Source: Escherichia phage QL01. From it: a stretch of 64,000 bases of DNA. Shown piece after piece: positions 54,662 to 63,720 of this stretch (positions within the stretch are counted from its first letter, which is position 1; each line of letters begins with the position of its first letter). The position numbers and the translations under genes are program-made. The DNA lies in sequence record NC_028847.1, one strand, 5' to 3'. A model generated the notes under the pieces. That model was given only the letters and a program-made list of their open reading frames with translations. It was not told the origin of the DNA and searched no databases.

Positions 54662-55201
54662 TTAATACACCGCCTCAAACATCTTTTTAGATTTTAGGTA
54701 ATTGGCCTTTTCTAGAACTTCAGAAGCATATTTACTGCCTGCTTTGGCGTTCCAGCCCGCATTATAAGAAGCAATCGCTTTTCTCAGGTCACCTTTGTGA
54801 ACATCAATCCAATAAGACAGTTCAATGTAGGCCCAAGAGGCACTGTTCTGTCGTTTTTGGACCATACGAATTATTTCTTTGTCAGACATCTTCCAACCTA
54901 CCTGTTGAACACGACTTCTTAACGTAGGCAAGTAATTTTGGAACATGCCATAAGCATGGTGCTTATCTTTATTTAAACCCTGATTAATTCCGGCAGATGA
55001 TTCCTGCCATAGTAATCCGGCCATAATATATCCTAATCCTTTTTGATTAGGGTTTTCTTTGAACTTTCCCGACTTTTGGTATTGTTCACCGAAAGCATAC
55101 GCATAATGTAAATTATCGAGTTGTTCATTACTGAAAGTAGGCTCTACGCTATGGGCAGACATACTAACTGTCAATAGTAAAGTGGCTAATACTTTTTTCA
55201 T
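54662..55201 (-). CDS. periplasmic lytic transglycosylase-like protein (SLT domain)
   Basis: 179 aa; signal peptide; GLLWQESS (catalytic Glu-Ser) and AYNAG-like ASYNAGWN motifs. Confidence 0.5.
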   Translation of the reverse strand: MKKVLATLLLTVSMSAHSVEPTFSNEQLDNLHYAYAFGEQYQKSGKFKENPNQKGLGYIMAGLLWQESSAGINQGLNKDKHHAYGMFQNYLPTLRSRVQQVGWKMSDKEIIRMVQKRQNSASWAYIELSYWIDVHKGDLRKAIASYNAGWNAKAGSKYASEVLEKANYLKSKKMFEAVY

Positions 55202-55213
55202 GAGACCTCATTA

Positions 55214-55672
55214 TTAAAGATAGATTACTTTCGTGCTGGTTTTACCTTCTAAACGTTTAGAGTTAACAAATGCCATACGACATTTAAGGGAATATCCTTT
55301 ATCAGGATGTTTACGGTCTACTGTCATACCTAGCCATAAGGTTTTATCGGTAATTTCGAGACGCAATGGACGATACACTTTACCAGGGACAATTTCGGAT
55401 TCTACATCAGGTAGAGGTTCCTGGATTAAAAATTCATGAATTTCTTTAACATGGTTATGGAGTTGCTTGAATAAAGCAAAAACGTATTTTTCGTCGATTT
55501 CACGTTGGATAGCACGGTCCAACAAGTGATTAGAGTACTTAATAAAGAAGGCTGGGACTCCGCTCTTGATGGCGGCTTTTTTGATGGACGTATTCAGTTC
55601 ACGGAATTCGGTTTCGAACTGACGACGTAATTTATTGCGGCGGATGAATACTTCTGAATTAATTTCTGACAT
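55214..55672 (-). CDS. regB: RegB site-specific endoribonuclease
   Basis: 152 aa; strong match to T4 RegB (EVFIRRNKLRR.FE.EFR, YSNHLLDRAIQREIDE). Confidence 0.85.
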   Translation of the reverse strand: MSEINSEVFIRRNKLRRQFETEFRELNTSIKKAAIKSGVPAFFIKYSNHLLDRAIQREIDEKYVFALFKQLHNHVKEIHEFLIQEPLPDVESEIVPGKVYRPLRLEITDKTLWLGMTVDRKHPDKGYSLKCRMAFVNSKRLEGKTSTKVIYL

Positions 55673-55700
55673 TTTGTAATCTCCTGTAGTTGATAGGTCT

Positions 55701-55729
55701 ATAGTACCACGTCTACAGGAGATGTAAAC
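55701..55729 (-). promoter_or_regulatory. early-type promoter cassette with inverted repeat (regB)
   Basis: GTTTAC, 17 nt, TACTAT; arms CTCCTGTAG/CTACAGGAG. Confidence 0.55.
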
Positions 55730-55733
55730 TGCT

Positions 55734-55985
55734 TTATTCTTGGAATGGGGTAAGTTTTCCAGCAGCTGAACAAATTTCTACCAGTACAGGGTAAAACTCT
55801 TTCACTTGTTCAAGGCGTTGGGCTGCATACTGTACTTCACCTTCTTCGAGACAAGCCATTTGGTCGTCAAGCAAGTATTTGTGGTAGCCAGTACAGGCTT
55901 CACCGATGATACGCTGGAAATCTTGTAAACTTTCAATTTTCATCAGTATTTTTCCTCGGGTTGGAAAACGGAACGACACGCCCAC
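55734..55985 (-). CDS. hypothetical protein
   Basis: 83 aa. Confidence 0.4.
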   Translation of the reverse strand: MGVSFRFPTRGKILMKIESLQDFQRIIGEACTGYHKYLLDDQMACLEEGEVQYAAQRLEQVKEFYPVLVEICSAAGKLTPFQE

Positions 55986-56221
55986 ATGCTTGCTTCTTTC
56001 AGACGGTCAATTGCATTACGAATCTGGGTGATGCGTTCATGAGCCTGGTCTAGTTCTTGTTCAGAAACCTCTTCGGTATCTAAGTTCATATAATGAGTAA
56101 CATGTTCTTCTTCCAGAGCTTTAAACATTAACCCAAGACGAACTTCAGCATCTTTGATAGCGTTTACTTTACCGATTTTATCGTCGGTATGCGGCTTATA
56201 ACCCTTGATATCTTCAATCAT
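55943..56221 (-). CDS. hypothetical helical protein (vs.4/Acb2-position candidate)
   Basis: 92 aa; MIEDIKGYKPHTDDKIGKVNAIKDAEVRLG...KEASMWACRSVFQPEEKY; T4 vs.x region downstream of regB; tentative. Confidence 0.35.
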   Translation of the reverse strand: MIEDIKGYKPHTDDKIGKVNAIKDAEVRLGLMFKALEEEHVTHYMNLDTEEVSEQELDQAHERITQIRNAIDRLKEASMWACRSVFQPEEKY

Positions 56222-56436
56222 TTCACTTCCTCGCCAGTTGCGATATCATATTCTACCAAACGAAGGCCTTCAGTCCAACCTTGCACGGAGATATAGGTAG
56301 TCGGGTAAATCATTTCTTTACCATTCCACCGACCGCCATCCCAGACTTCCAGAAAGTCTTGTTCACCTGGTCCATTAAGCCATTCAACAAATCTTTTCAG
56401 AGCTTCTTCAGAACCTTCAATTGTCAATTTAGACAT
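56218..56436 (-). CDS. hypothetical protein
   Basis: 72 aa. Confidence 0.4.
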   Translation of the reverse strand: MSKLTIEGSEEALKRFVEWLNGPGEQDFLEVWDGGRWNGKEMIYPTTYISVQGWTEGLRLVEYDIATGEEVK

Positions 56437-56773
56437 ATTTTTTCCAATCAGAAATCATATGAATCTCTTGGTCATAAGTCAAGAGACTACGAGCAATAAT
56501 ACCCTTACAAGGCCCTGAGATGAACTCGAGAGTGAAGTAAGGAACCTGTTTCATTAATCGGATACTAGGAGCATGACATCTAAAACGAGAGCCCTTAAAG
56601 GGCCCTGTCATGAATACATATTCCAATGGGTAGAAATAAGCATATTCGAAATTTGCAGTAAGGTCCTCTCTTCGAACCTTACGTGAGAAATAACAGAACT
56701 CAAAAAGTTCTTCATCAGTCATCATTGCATTCCTATCACAAAGAACAGAGGCAAAGGCTTGTCGCCTTGGCAC
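56429..56773 (-). CDS. hypothetical protein
   Basis: 114 aa. Confidence 0.4.
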   Translation of the reverse strand: MPRRQAFASVLCDRNAMMTDEELFEFCYFSRKVRREDLTANFEYAYFYPLEYVFMTGPFKGSRFRCHAPSIRLMKQVPYFTLEFISGPCKGIIARSLLTYDQEIHMISDWKKYV

Positions 56774-57249
56774 ATAAATTTATTAATCATTACCTGGTAA
56801 GCTTCATAGAACTTATCCATCGCTGGAAGGCGCATTGGCTCTTCGATAATAATCAATAATCGAGTAACAGATAGTCCACGATACTTATGGAAATTGTCTT
56901 CATCAAGGAAACTGCGCACAGTATCATAGACAACAAAACCAGGACCTTCGACTTGGAGATGTGGGTGTGCCTTAGAAACCTGTTTTATTACATTACAAAT
57001 TTCTCGCGAGCGATGCGAAGAACTCGACATAACAATCACATCATTACCCTTGGAAACCCAATCAGCGGCGAACTGAGCAAGGGCACTTGTTTTACCTGTT
57101 TGGCGTCCGCCATCAAGTCGAAGAGTACCAAACTCTTGCATTCTTGAAGTAGGTTCATACCATGTGTATTGGTCTGAGTCTAAACGTTCAATGGCGCGTT
57201 CAGCGAAGGCGTGCATTAAGGTTAGATAAATGGGAGTTAAAAATTTCAT
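56722..57249 (-). CDS. P-loop NTPase-like protein
   Basis: 175 aa; Walker A GGRQTGKTSA, hydrophobic Walker B-like IIIEEP. Confidence 0.45.
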   Translation of the reverse strand: MKFLTPIYLTLMHAFAERAIERLDSDQYTWYEPTSRMQEFGTLRLDGGRQTGKTSALAQFAADWVSKGNDVIVMSSSSHRSREICNVIKQVSKAHPHLQVEGPGFVVYDTVRSFLDEDNFHKYRGLSVTRLLIIIEEPMRLPAMDKFYEAYQVMINKFMCQGDKPLPLFFVIGMQ

Positions 57250-57409
57250 AGTAGTCTCTTAGTGGTGGGGCCATTCCTTGGCACATAATTCGTCCATGTA
57301 TCCGTATGTAAACCCTTTACCGCACTTGGGCTCGACCTTATTACAGGTAGGGAAAGGTCCATCACTCAGAGGACGCGACGTTCATGAGGAGAGGGCCGGC
57401 TTGCCTTTA

Positions 57410-57709
57410 TTAGAAAGAACCAGAACCTCTAATTGTGTTCTGGCGACCTTTATTTTCTAATTCGGAGTGGTCGATTTCATATGCTTGTGCTACGCCAAAG
57501 GCCTTTTTAACTTTAGCTAAAGAACCTTTAGATGTAACAATATTAAAAGTATTACCTTTGGTAAAATCAACAAAATCGACTTGTACGCCCTGTTTACCGA
57601 GGCTTGCTACAATAGCATCAACATATTCTTGGTCTAAATTGCCTTGAACTCCAATTTGAAATGCTTTAGGAGCTTTGGCTTCTGTGATAAATTCTTGATA
57701 AGTTTTCAT
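57410..57709 (-). CDS. internal protein (capsid-targeting sequence)
   Basis: 99 aa; N-terminal CTS MKTYQEFITEA typical of T4 internal proteins. Confidence 0.6.
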   Translation of the reverse strand: MKTYQEFITEAKAPKAFQIGVQGNLDQEYVDAIVASLGKQGVQVDFVDFTKGNTFNIVTSKGSLAKVKKAFGVAQAYEIDHSELENKGRQNTIRGSGSF

Positions 57710-57752
57710 TGTTATTCCTTAAGTTGATAGAAGTATTCTATCACGGATTTAA

Positions 57753-58169
57753 TTAAGCGTAAATAGCCTTGCCATAATGTTTGTACCAGGTAGGACGCTG
57801 TGCAATTTTTTCATCCAAACGGGTCTGAGATATAGCAATAGAAGCTTCGTGTGGAGTATAGTCACCACGGAATTCCTGAGGAATGTCACTAATGTCCTGG
57901 ACAGTAGTATCCTTGATATTAAAACCACGTTTTAAACATTCGGCTATAAGCTCAATTTGTCGCTTACGTAAAAATTCAAGCTTATCGTAAAAGAATGTAA
58001 CATGGCCTGTGCCAAGGATAAAAGTAGGACTGATTTTGAAATCACGGACACGTTTACCATTAGCAACATGCTTACGAACTGCACCGAAAACACGTGGTAA
58101 TTCACGATATTCAGCCATTAAGTGTTGGTCAGCCAATTCAGATACTAAGGTAAGGTTGATACGAGTCAT
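57753..58169 (-). CDS. denV: endonuclease V (pyrimidine dimer DNA glycosylase)
   Basis: 138 aa; essentially identical to T4 DenV ([29 protein letters not shown]...). Confidence 0.95.
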   Translation of the reverse strand: MTRINLTLVSELADQHLMAEYRELPRVFGAVRKHVANGKRVRDFKISPTFILGTGHVTFFYDKLEFLRKRQIELIAECLKRGFNIKDTTVQDISDIPQEFRGDYTPHEASIAISQTRLDEKIAQRPTWYKHYGKAIYA

Positions 58170-58196
58170 TTTTAATCTCCTGTAGTTGATAGGTCT

Positions 58197-58225
58197 ATAG
58201 TATCATGACTACAGGAGATGTAAAC
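58197..58225 (-). promoter_or_regulatory. early-type promoter cassette with inverted repeat (denV)
   Basis: GTTTAC, 17 nt, TACTAT; arms CTCCTGTAG/CTACAGGAG. Confidence 0.55.
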
Positions 58226-58249
58226 AACTTTTATCAAGTATAGGCTTTA

Positions 58250-58846
58250 TTAATTACCACGGGCTGCATTAGCAACGGCGTAAGCGTACTGAATATTAGC
58301 GTCTTTAAACGTACCTTTAGAGGTATCTATCTCTGCCTTAAAGCCGCCTTTAACCATAACATCAGCAAATTCTTTACGGAAAGTCATTGCATCAAGACCT
58401 TTCCATGCGGATTTATGCTTGGCAAATTCAAGACCGGCGAAGTTAACTGCTTTAGCCAATTTATTATCAATAGTCCATTTACCTGCTTTAGGTACAAACA
58501 CCGGGCCTTTCTGTTTAGAGAACAGTTTTAAATTCCAGCGACGAAGGTCACCGTCAGCTTTAACAAAAGCTGCGTCCAAGTTACTAGCAACAACATCTTG
58601 GATATGGGCAAATTTAAGTCCATCAGCTTCAATATTTAGGTCGTTACGCCAGCGAAGTCCTTCCCAGGCGAAAGCTTTAAAATCAGAAGCTTTTGTAGCC
58701 AAGTACCGTTCAATAGGAGCTGTTTTAGCGTCAAAACCGTTTCCTGGGTTGTCAACGCCGTTTCCTTTGTAAGTCCACTCATCTTTATTAATGCCTTGGA
58801 CCTTTCCTACAGAAGCTTCGGCGATAAATTCTTTATACGTTTTCAT
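58250..58846 (-). CDS. internal protein (capsid-targeting sequence)
   Basis: 198 aa; N-terminal MKTYKEFIAEA. Confidence 0.6.
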   Translation of the reverse strand: MKTYKEFIAEASVGKVQGINKDEWTYKGNGVDNPGNGFDAKTAPIERYLATKASDFKAFAWEGLRWRNDLNIEADGLKFAHIQDVVASNLDAAFVKADGDLRRWNLKLFSKQKGPVFVPKAGKWTIDNKLAKAVNFAGLEFAKHKSAWKGLDAMTFRKEFADVMVKGGFKAEIDTSKGTFKDANIQYAYAVANAARGN

Positions 58847-58899
58847 ACGGGTTCCTTAAAGGAAAATATTTTAATTGGTCTGTTCAAGTAACTGTAGAT

Positions 58900-58928
58900 A
58901 TACTATCACAATTCTAGGAGATGTAAAC
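58900..58928 (-). promoter_or_regulatory. early-type promoter cassette
   Basis: GTTTAC, 17 nt, TAGTAT. Confidence 0.5.
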
Positions 58929-59327
58929 TTATTTATAGGTCTTCATCCAATTCTTGAACAAAGCCGCGACGTCTTTCTCTTTAACGTTCAGTTTAATGTC
59001 CAACATTTTACCACCCGCTGCTCTGGTTTGGCGAATCTTAGCAGTACCGGTTTCGCCATTCCACTCAACATAATACTGTCCAGTGTTCATTGCAATACCA
59101 TCACCGTAGTCTTCATTTTTAGAAGTGGTGAATGCTAGCTTCATAGTCTTAGATACACGAGCCTGCATGCCTGTCTGAAGGGCATTACGAACGCGAATAA
59201 CCTGAGGAGTGGCCTGGGTCAAGTTCTCATTCAGTTCTTCAGTGAACTCTTCAGATTCAAACATCGCCAAAAGTTCTTTAGATGCAGGAATTACATTCTC
59301 TGCGATAAATTCATTATAAGTTTTCAT
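58929..59327 (-). CDS. internal protein (capsid-targeting sequence)
   Basis: 132 aa; N-terminal [11 protein letters not shown]. Confidence 0.6.
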   Translation of the reverse strand: MKTYNEFIAENVIPASKELLAMFESEEFTEELNENLTQATPQVIRVRNALQTGMQARVSKTMKLAFTTSKNEDYGDGIAMNTGQYYVEWNGETGTAKIRQTRAAGGKMLDIKLNVKEKDVAALFKNWMKTYK

Positions 59328-59808
59328 ATGCTTTCCAAGTACCTGTTTTAAATGTTGAAATCACGCGCTTAGCACGATTAGGAGTTTGTTTATACCAACG
59401 GGATTGAGCCAGGTTAACTGCCGCATCGTTCCAACGTTTCTGTTGGAGCATACGTAAAGAGTTAGTGAACCCTGCTACGCCTGCTTCACCCATTTGGAAG
59501 ACCATGTTAATTAAAGCACAACGACGAACTTCGTCCAGTACATCATAAACAGGTTTCAATTTAGGATTACGCAGAATAGCTCTACGAGCATTTTCAACCG
59601 ATTGGTTAAAGAGTTGTTCAGCTTCAGCCATAGTAATACGACCATTACAAACTCGACCCATAAGCTTATCAAGTTCAGCACGAGCAACATCTTTAGAAGG
59701 GTTCTTAGTAATCAATTGGCCAATACCAATAGTCCAATAACCTTCAGTGTCTTTATAAAGATTTAAATCAAGACCTTCGTCTTGACGTAACATATCAAAA
59801 ATATCCAT
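59314..59808 (-). CDS. e: lysozyme (endolysin)
   Basis: 164 aa; T4 lysozyme match incl. catalytic E11/D20/T26 context ([21 protein letters not shown]). Confidence 0.95.
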   Translation of the reverse strand: MDIFDMLRQDEGLDLNLYKDTEGYWTIGIGQLITKNPSKDVARAELDKLMGRVCNGRITMAEAEQLFNQSVENARRAILRNPKLKPVYDVLDEVRRCALINMVFQMGEAGVAGFTNSLRMLQQKRWNDAAVNLAQSRWYKQTPNRAKRVISTFKTGTWKAYENL

Positions 59809-59812
59809 AATA

Positions 59813-59838
59813 CCTCCTGAGTATAGGAGGTATTTATA
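59813..59838 (-). promoter_or_regulatory. late promoter (TATAAATA) plus SD-sequestering hairpin for gene e
   Basis: TATAAATA on minus strand; CCUCCU...AGGAGG inverted repeat pairs the SD; late start falls inside the hairpin. Confidence 0.6.
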
Positions 59839-60288
59839 TCAAAAGAGCGAATCTAAAACCTTAAACATCGACGGGCCCATGACATATTCCCATTGCGGAC
59901 GTTTAATCAAAGCGAACGCATCGAATTCAGGAATAGTACGACCATCAGGGAACGTATGGTAAGCCGTACATTTGCAATCCTTGAACTGCTCGTGTTCCAC
60001 AGGCACTGTATATAAGAACAGATGTAGATTCTTATTGCTTGAATATTTGAACTCACCTAGGTCTTTCAGGAACGCAGGATCGTATGCTGTGAATCCAATC
60101 TCTTCTTCGGTTTCGCGCATTGCCGCTTGAATGGGCTCTTCGCCTGGTTCGACATGACCCTTAGGAATGTCCCATTTATGACGCATATTCTCTGGATTAC
60201 GAGAGCCTGTTACACGGCCCATGACCAGTTCTTTATCAACGGTCATGAATAAAATACCGGCAGATAGTTCTTTCACTTTCTTACTCAT
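59839..60288 (-). CDS. nudE: Nudix hydrolase
   Basis: Start at MSKKVKEL; Nudix box GHVEPGEEPIQAAMRETEEEIG. Confidence 0.8.
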   Translation of the reverse strand: MSKKVKELSAGILFMTVDKELVMGRVTGSRNPENMRHKWDIPKGHVEPGEEPIQAAMRETEEEIGFTAYDPAFLKDLGEFKYSSNKNLHLFLYTVPVEHEQFKDCKCTAYHTFPDGRTIPEFDAFALIKRPQWEYVMGPSMFKVLDSLF

Positions 60289-60517
60289 CGTCTCGTTCCC
60301 ATGATTGTTTAAAAATATCTTGCATAATAATTTGAAGTCTATTTTCTGATGATGGACTTTCACTATCAGACACTTGAAGCATATAGTCACCAATAGGACA
60401 GAACATATCCATATCGCTTTCTAAGTCTTCTTTAATTTTCTCTTCTGATGTTCCGGTATCATAGGAATACAGGTAAGAATCACATGACTCAGATTTAATA
60501 TAAATTGCAATACTCAT
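60281..60517 (-). CDS. hypothetical acidic protein
   Basis: 78 aa. Confidence 0.4.
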   Translation of the reverse strand: MSIAIYIKSESCDSYLYSYDTGTSEEKIKEDLESDMDMFCPIGDYMLQVSDSESPSSENRLQIIMQDIFKQSWERDDE

Positions 60518-61107
60518 TTACGGCATTCCTCAATAAACTCATTTAAATTCTGTTTGATTTTACCTTCGTCGTAAAGACGTTGTTGACGACGTAAACGCCA
60601 TGGCATTTCAATAGCCAAGCACCAAATACTTAAAGCAGCGCCAGCGGCGGCAAGGTTCATTAATCCAGCGCCAATAATAGTTCGTTCTAGCGCATCATTC
60701 CAGTTGGCATCGATTAAAAATGAACTCAGCACTAACATTGGAAGTAAAGTAATAAAATACGCTACAACATATCGTCCGAACGTAAGCCATTCAGTATCAA
60801 TGAGCCTGGCCTTTCCATCTTGGAGACAAATATACTTATCGTCAGTGCGAGTGATTTTCTTTACTGGTTGCCAGCCGTTTACAATATAGCCCATTTTATA
60901 TTCCTCAATTAAAAGCTGTTTCATTTCGGCAGTACAACCTGACCAATCTATTGTACTGGCTGAAATTCCTTCATCACCATCATCAATATTTCGCCAGGAC
61001 TTTTTAATAATCATAGTCTCACCACTTGGGATAATAATTCCAGCATTTTCCGACCGACGGATGAAGTTTGTATCAATACCCATACAACCAGGTTCATAAA
61101 GGGCCAT
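60514..61107 (-). CDS. membrane protein
   Basis: 197 aa; C-terminal TM helices. Confidence 0.45.
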   Translation of the reverse strand: MALYEPGCMGIDTNFIRRSENAGIIIPSGETMIIKKSWRNIDDGDEGISASTIDWSGCTAEMKQLLIEEYKMGYIVNGWQPVKKITRTDDKYICLQDGKARLIDTEWLTFGRYVVAYFITLLPMLVLSSFLIDANWNDALERTIIGAGLMNLAAAGAALSIWCLAIEMPWRLRRQQRLYDEGKIKQNLNEFIEECRK

Positions 61108-61793
61108 TACCAGCCCTCCATAGGGAATTCCAGATATACTTGAGCATTAACGCGGATTTCATTTGTAATCTTTTTAACACGGTCTGTATTACGAGACACA
61201 CGACCAAACCAGCGCCACCCGTTACTTACTGCACGAGAACCTGTATGCCATGTTTGCCAATCAAACTGGAGTAACGTGCGGTCAGGAGCATCCCACTTGG
61301 TTAATTCATTGGACTCAATTTTTTCCAGAACTTCTTTATGCCACTGGCGATAGATAAGTTCGCCTTCAGGAATCTGACTGAACTGTGCAGTTCCGGTTGC
61401 AAAATGAGTAGGACACACATCAGCGTTAACAAGACCAAGAATATGTTCAGAATGGTATCGAGGATTATCATAATCAGGTTGCCCTGCGGTAATAAAGTGT
61501 TGACCCACCGGAATATCCGGACGTGGTACATCATCATGGTGATAACCTGGGATAGCAGGATACCAGCCAGGCATTAACATGTGTACACGGGAATCAAATA
61601 CTACATCCGAGTCTTTCCAATCGTCAGGAAGATTTTGGATAAAGCTACGAGTAATTGGGCCGCCATTATCAAAAGCAAAATTCAAATCACAGTTAAAGAA
61701 CATAGGCTCGTTTTTAATCTGGTCGTTTTTAATTGCATGAGCAAAACCGCCTACTGCACGAGCTTGACTATTAAACACTTTAGAACTATTCAT
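61107..61793 (-). CDS. hypothetical protein
   Basis: 228 aa, Trp/His-rich. Confidence 0.45.
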   Translation of the reverse strand: MNSSKVFNSQARAVGGFAHAIKNDQIKNEPMFFNCDLNFAFDNGGPITRSFIQNLPDDWKDSDVVFDSRVHMLMPGWYPAIPGYHHDDVPRPDIPVGQHFITAGQPDYDNPRYHSEHILGLVNADVCPTHFATGTAQFSQIPEGELIYRQWHKEVLEKIESNELTKWDAPDRTLLQFDWQTWHTGSRAVSNGWRWFGRVSRNTDRVKKITNEIRVNAQVYLEFPMEGW

Positions 61794-61807
61794 AATATTT
61801 TCCTCAC

Positions 61808-62020
61808 TTACTTTTTGTTGAAAAAGTACATTTTACCTTTAGGGGATAAGGATACACGAAGTGCGTTACCAATACCAACTGAACATTTAACCAGGTCAGC
61901 AGATTTCAATTCACCAAATGCTTGACGAAGGTCACCGTCACGAGTGTTAACCATCAGGCATTTAGCACCAGCTGCACGAACTTCGTTTAACATGTTGATT
62001 GCTTGGTTAGAAAGTTTCAT
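61808..62020 (-). CDS. hypothetical protein
   Basis: Trimmed to Met27 because the longer ORF overlaps promoter 62057-62085. Confidence 0.4.
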   Translation of the reverse strand: MKLSNQAINMLNEVRAAGAKCLMVNTRDGDLRQAFGELKSADLVKCSVGIGNALRVSLSPKGKMYFFNKK

Positions 62021-62056
62021 TTTATTCTCCATTTCACTCTGTTGTTTTGATAGGTC

Positions 62057-62085
62057 TATAGTATCACACCTATAGACCTTGTACA
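62057..62085 (-). promoter_or_regulatory. early-type promoter cassette (variant -35) with palindrome
   Basis: GTGTAC -35 variant, 17 nt, TACTAT; GGTCTATAG...CTATAGACC. Confidence 0.4.
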
Positions 62086-62098
62086 CTGTTTTGTGCAA

Positions 62099-63058
62099 TT
62101 ATTTTTCGAAAGGACGAATTAAATGTTGGTTACGCTTAAACCGTTCAATGTAGTCGTTTTCACCTAAAGTCTTATACATATTCACTACAGCTTGGTAGTT
62201 TTCCCATGCATAAGTGCGGAACCAACCTGAAGTGATTGAGGTGCACACTTTCTCAAGGGCCATATAGAAACTTAATGATGGTGAAATATTGAAGTCATTA
62301 GGAACCTGTGAACGTTCTAGTGCCAGGACACAAGTTTCTTCATACACACCAGCCAGTTTAATAGCTTCAGGCAAAGCCTCGAACTTCTCACGAGAGGTCA
62401 TGACTTCAGAACCTTCCTTCATATAAAAGGTATATGCAGGGCGCCCTGCCAATGCCACTGCTTCATGAATAGAGTCATGGTCCAGCGTATAAATGGTATC
62501 ATTAAAGAACGATGATTTGTTTACGTCCAATTTAGGGTGAGAATAGCTCAACGTTTCTTTTTGACGTTGCAGCATAATTTCCTGGAGTTCTTCGTTAAGG
62601 GTGATACCTTTATTACGAAGGTATTTGATGTGTGACATAGTTTTCAAGAAGAACGGATTATTCTTAAGGAAACGATGAGAGGTTTTGATAGCCAGACAGA
62701 TATCAGGGGTGGCCCAATAGAAACCAGTAAGACGGTCCTTTTTAATATGATTTTCAGCATATTTCAGGAGACGATAGCTTGAAGTGAAATCTTCGTCTTG
62801 AAGCTCACCGGTAATTTCTCGTACGTTAGTCAGAGCACGAACGATATAAGCTTCAAAATAGGTTTCTTTACCATTATGCATACATTTGAAAGCCTGGACA
62901 TCAGGATTGTCAACGTGTACATGGGCGCCGAACATACGTGCTTTAAAGTGATTCCATGAGCCTTGGTCGGCAATGAAATCCCAATCAGAATTTTCGATAT
63001 GCTTACTTTCAATCAGACCAGCGTGGTGCAGTGCACGAGAACCAATAACTAACATCAT
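62099..63058 (-). CDS. hypothetical protein
   Basis: Start at MMLVIGSRALHH with GAGGAAA SD. Confidence 0.45.
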   Translation of the reverse strand: MMLVIGSRALHHAGLIESKHIENSDWDFIADQGSWNHFKARMFGAHVHVDNPDVQAFKCMHNGKETYFEAYIVRALTNVREITGELQDEDFTSSYRLLKYAENHIKKDRLTGFYWATPDICLAIKTSHRFLKNNPFFLKTMSHIKYLRNKGITLNEELQEIMLQRQKETLSYSHPKLDVNKSSFFNDTIYTLDHDSIHEAVALAGRPAYTFYMKEGSEVMTSREKFEALPEAIKLAGVYEETCVLALERSQVPNDFNISPSLSFYMALEKVCTSITSGWFRTYAWENYQAVVNMYKTLGENDYIERFKRNQHLIRPFEK

Positions 63059-63077
63059 AATATTTTCCTCAGTAAAC

Positions 63078-63317
63078 TTAAATTTCAGCGACGTAATCGT
63101 TATGCAATTCCCACATATCATCAGAATTATTCTTAATGATAGGAATTATCTCATTAGAGATTTCTTCAGCATAAGGGTCATTGATACAGTGGGCATCTTC
63201 AAAACGAACACCGTAATCAGACTTCTTATAAGAGAAGCCATAAATCTTTTTAAACTTGGCGCGAGTAATGCGTACCGGTTCATTAGACTTATCGGACATC
63301 GGAGCGTAATACCACAT
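63078..63317 (-). CDS. hypothetical protein
   Basis: 79 aa. Confidence 0.4.
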   Translation of the reverse strand: MWYYAPMSDKSNEPVRITRAKFKKIYGFSYKKSDYGVRFEDAHCINDPYAEEISNEIIPIIKNNSDDMWELHNDYVAEI

Positions 63318-63360
63318 ATGTTCTCCTCATGTTTGTGTAGGGTAATAGTAACATGATTTT

Positions 63361-63711
63361 CTAGAGTTGTACATCACTTCTGCAATATTCTAAAAATAAT
63401 TTATCATTGTCTACTGTATCCCAACGACGCCAAGACGGGTTCCAGACCAAAGCGTTGTCACCACAATCATTGAGCTTAAAATGGTCGTAGTACATAGCTA
63501 TGTGTCTAGTCTCGTCACCAGAGAACCCCAGTATAGGCTCACCGCGGGTGTGATACATATGATGGTGCATTGAGAGGTCGCATTTGTAAAACATCTCACG
63601 TTTACCACGAACGAACAAGAAGGCCTGTCCATTCATATAGAATTCTTTATTTGTTTTCAAAAGATATTTGAATACTGAATCTTTATGCATAAGTCCTCCT
63701 ACCACATCCAT
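63361..63711 (-). CDS. hypothetical His-rich protein
   Basis: 116 aa. Confidence 0.4.
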   Translation of the reverse strand: MDVVGGLMHKDSVFKYLLKTNKEFYMNGQAFLFVRGKREMFYKCDLSMHHHMYHTRGEPILGFSGDETRHIAMYYDHFKLNDCGDNALVWNPSWRRWDTVDNDKLFLEYCRSDVQL

Positions 63712-63720
63712 GTGGTTAAA

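Noticed and set aside
57250-57409. GC-richer 160-nt intergenic region as a small RNA gene
   Set aside because: It contains a hairpin that looks like a terminator for the upstream internal-protein gene and possible promoter elements, but no convincing conserved RNA structure; left unannotated.
63345-63374. Early promoter cassette upstream of 63078-63317
   Set aside because: The -10 TACTAT and leader are present but the -35 (ATGTAC/TGTACA) is poor; too weak to list as a feature.
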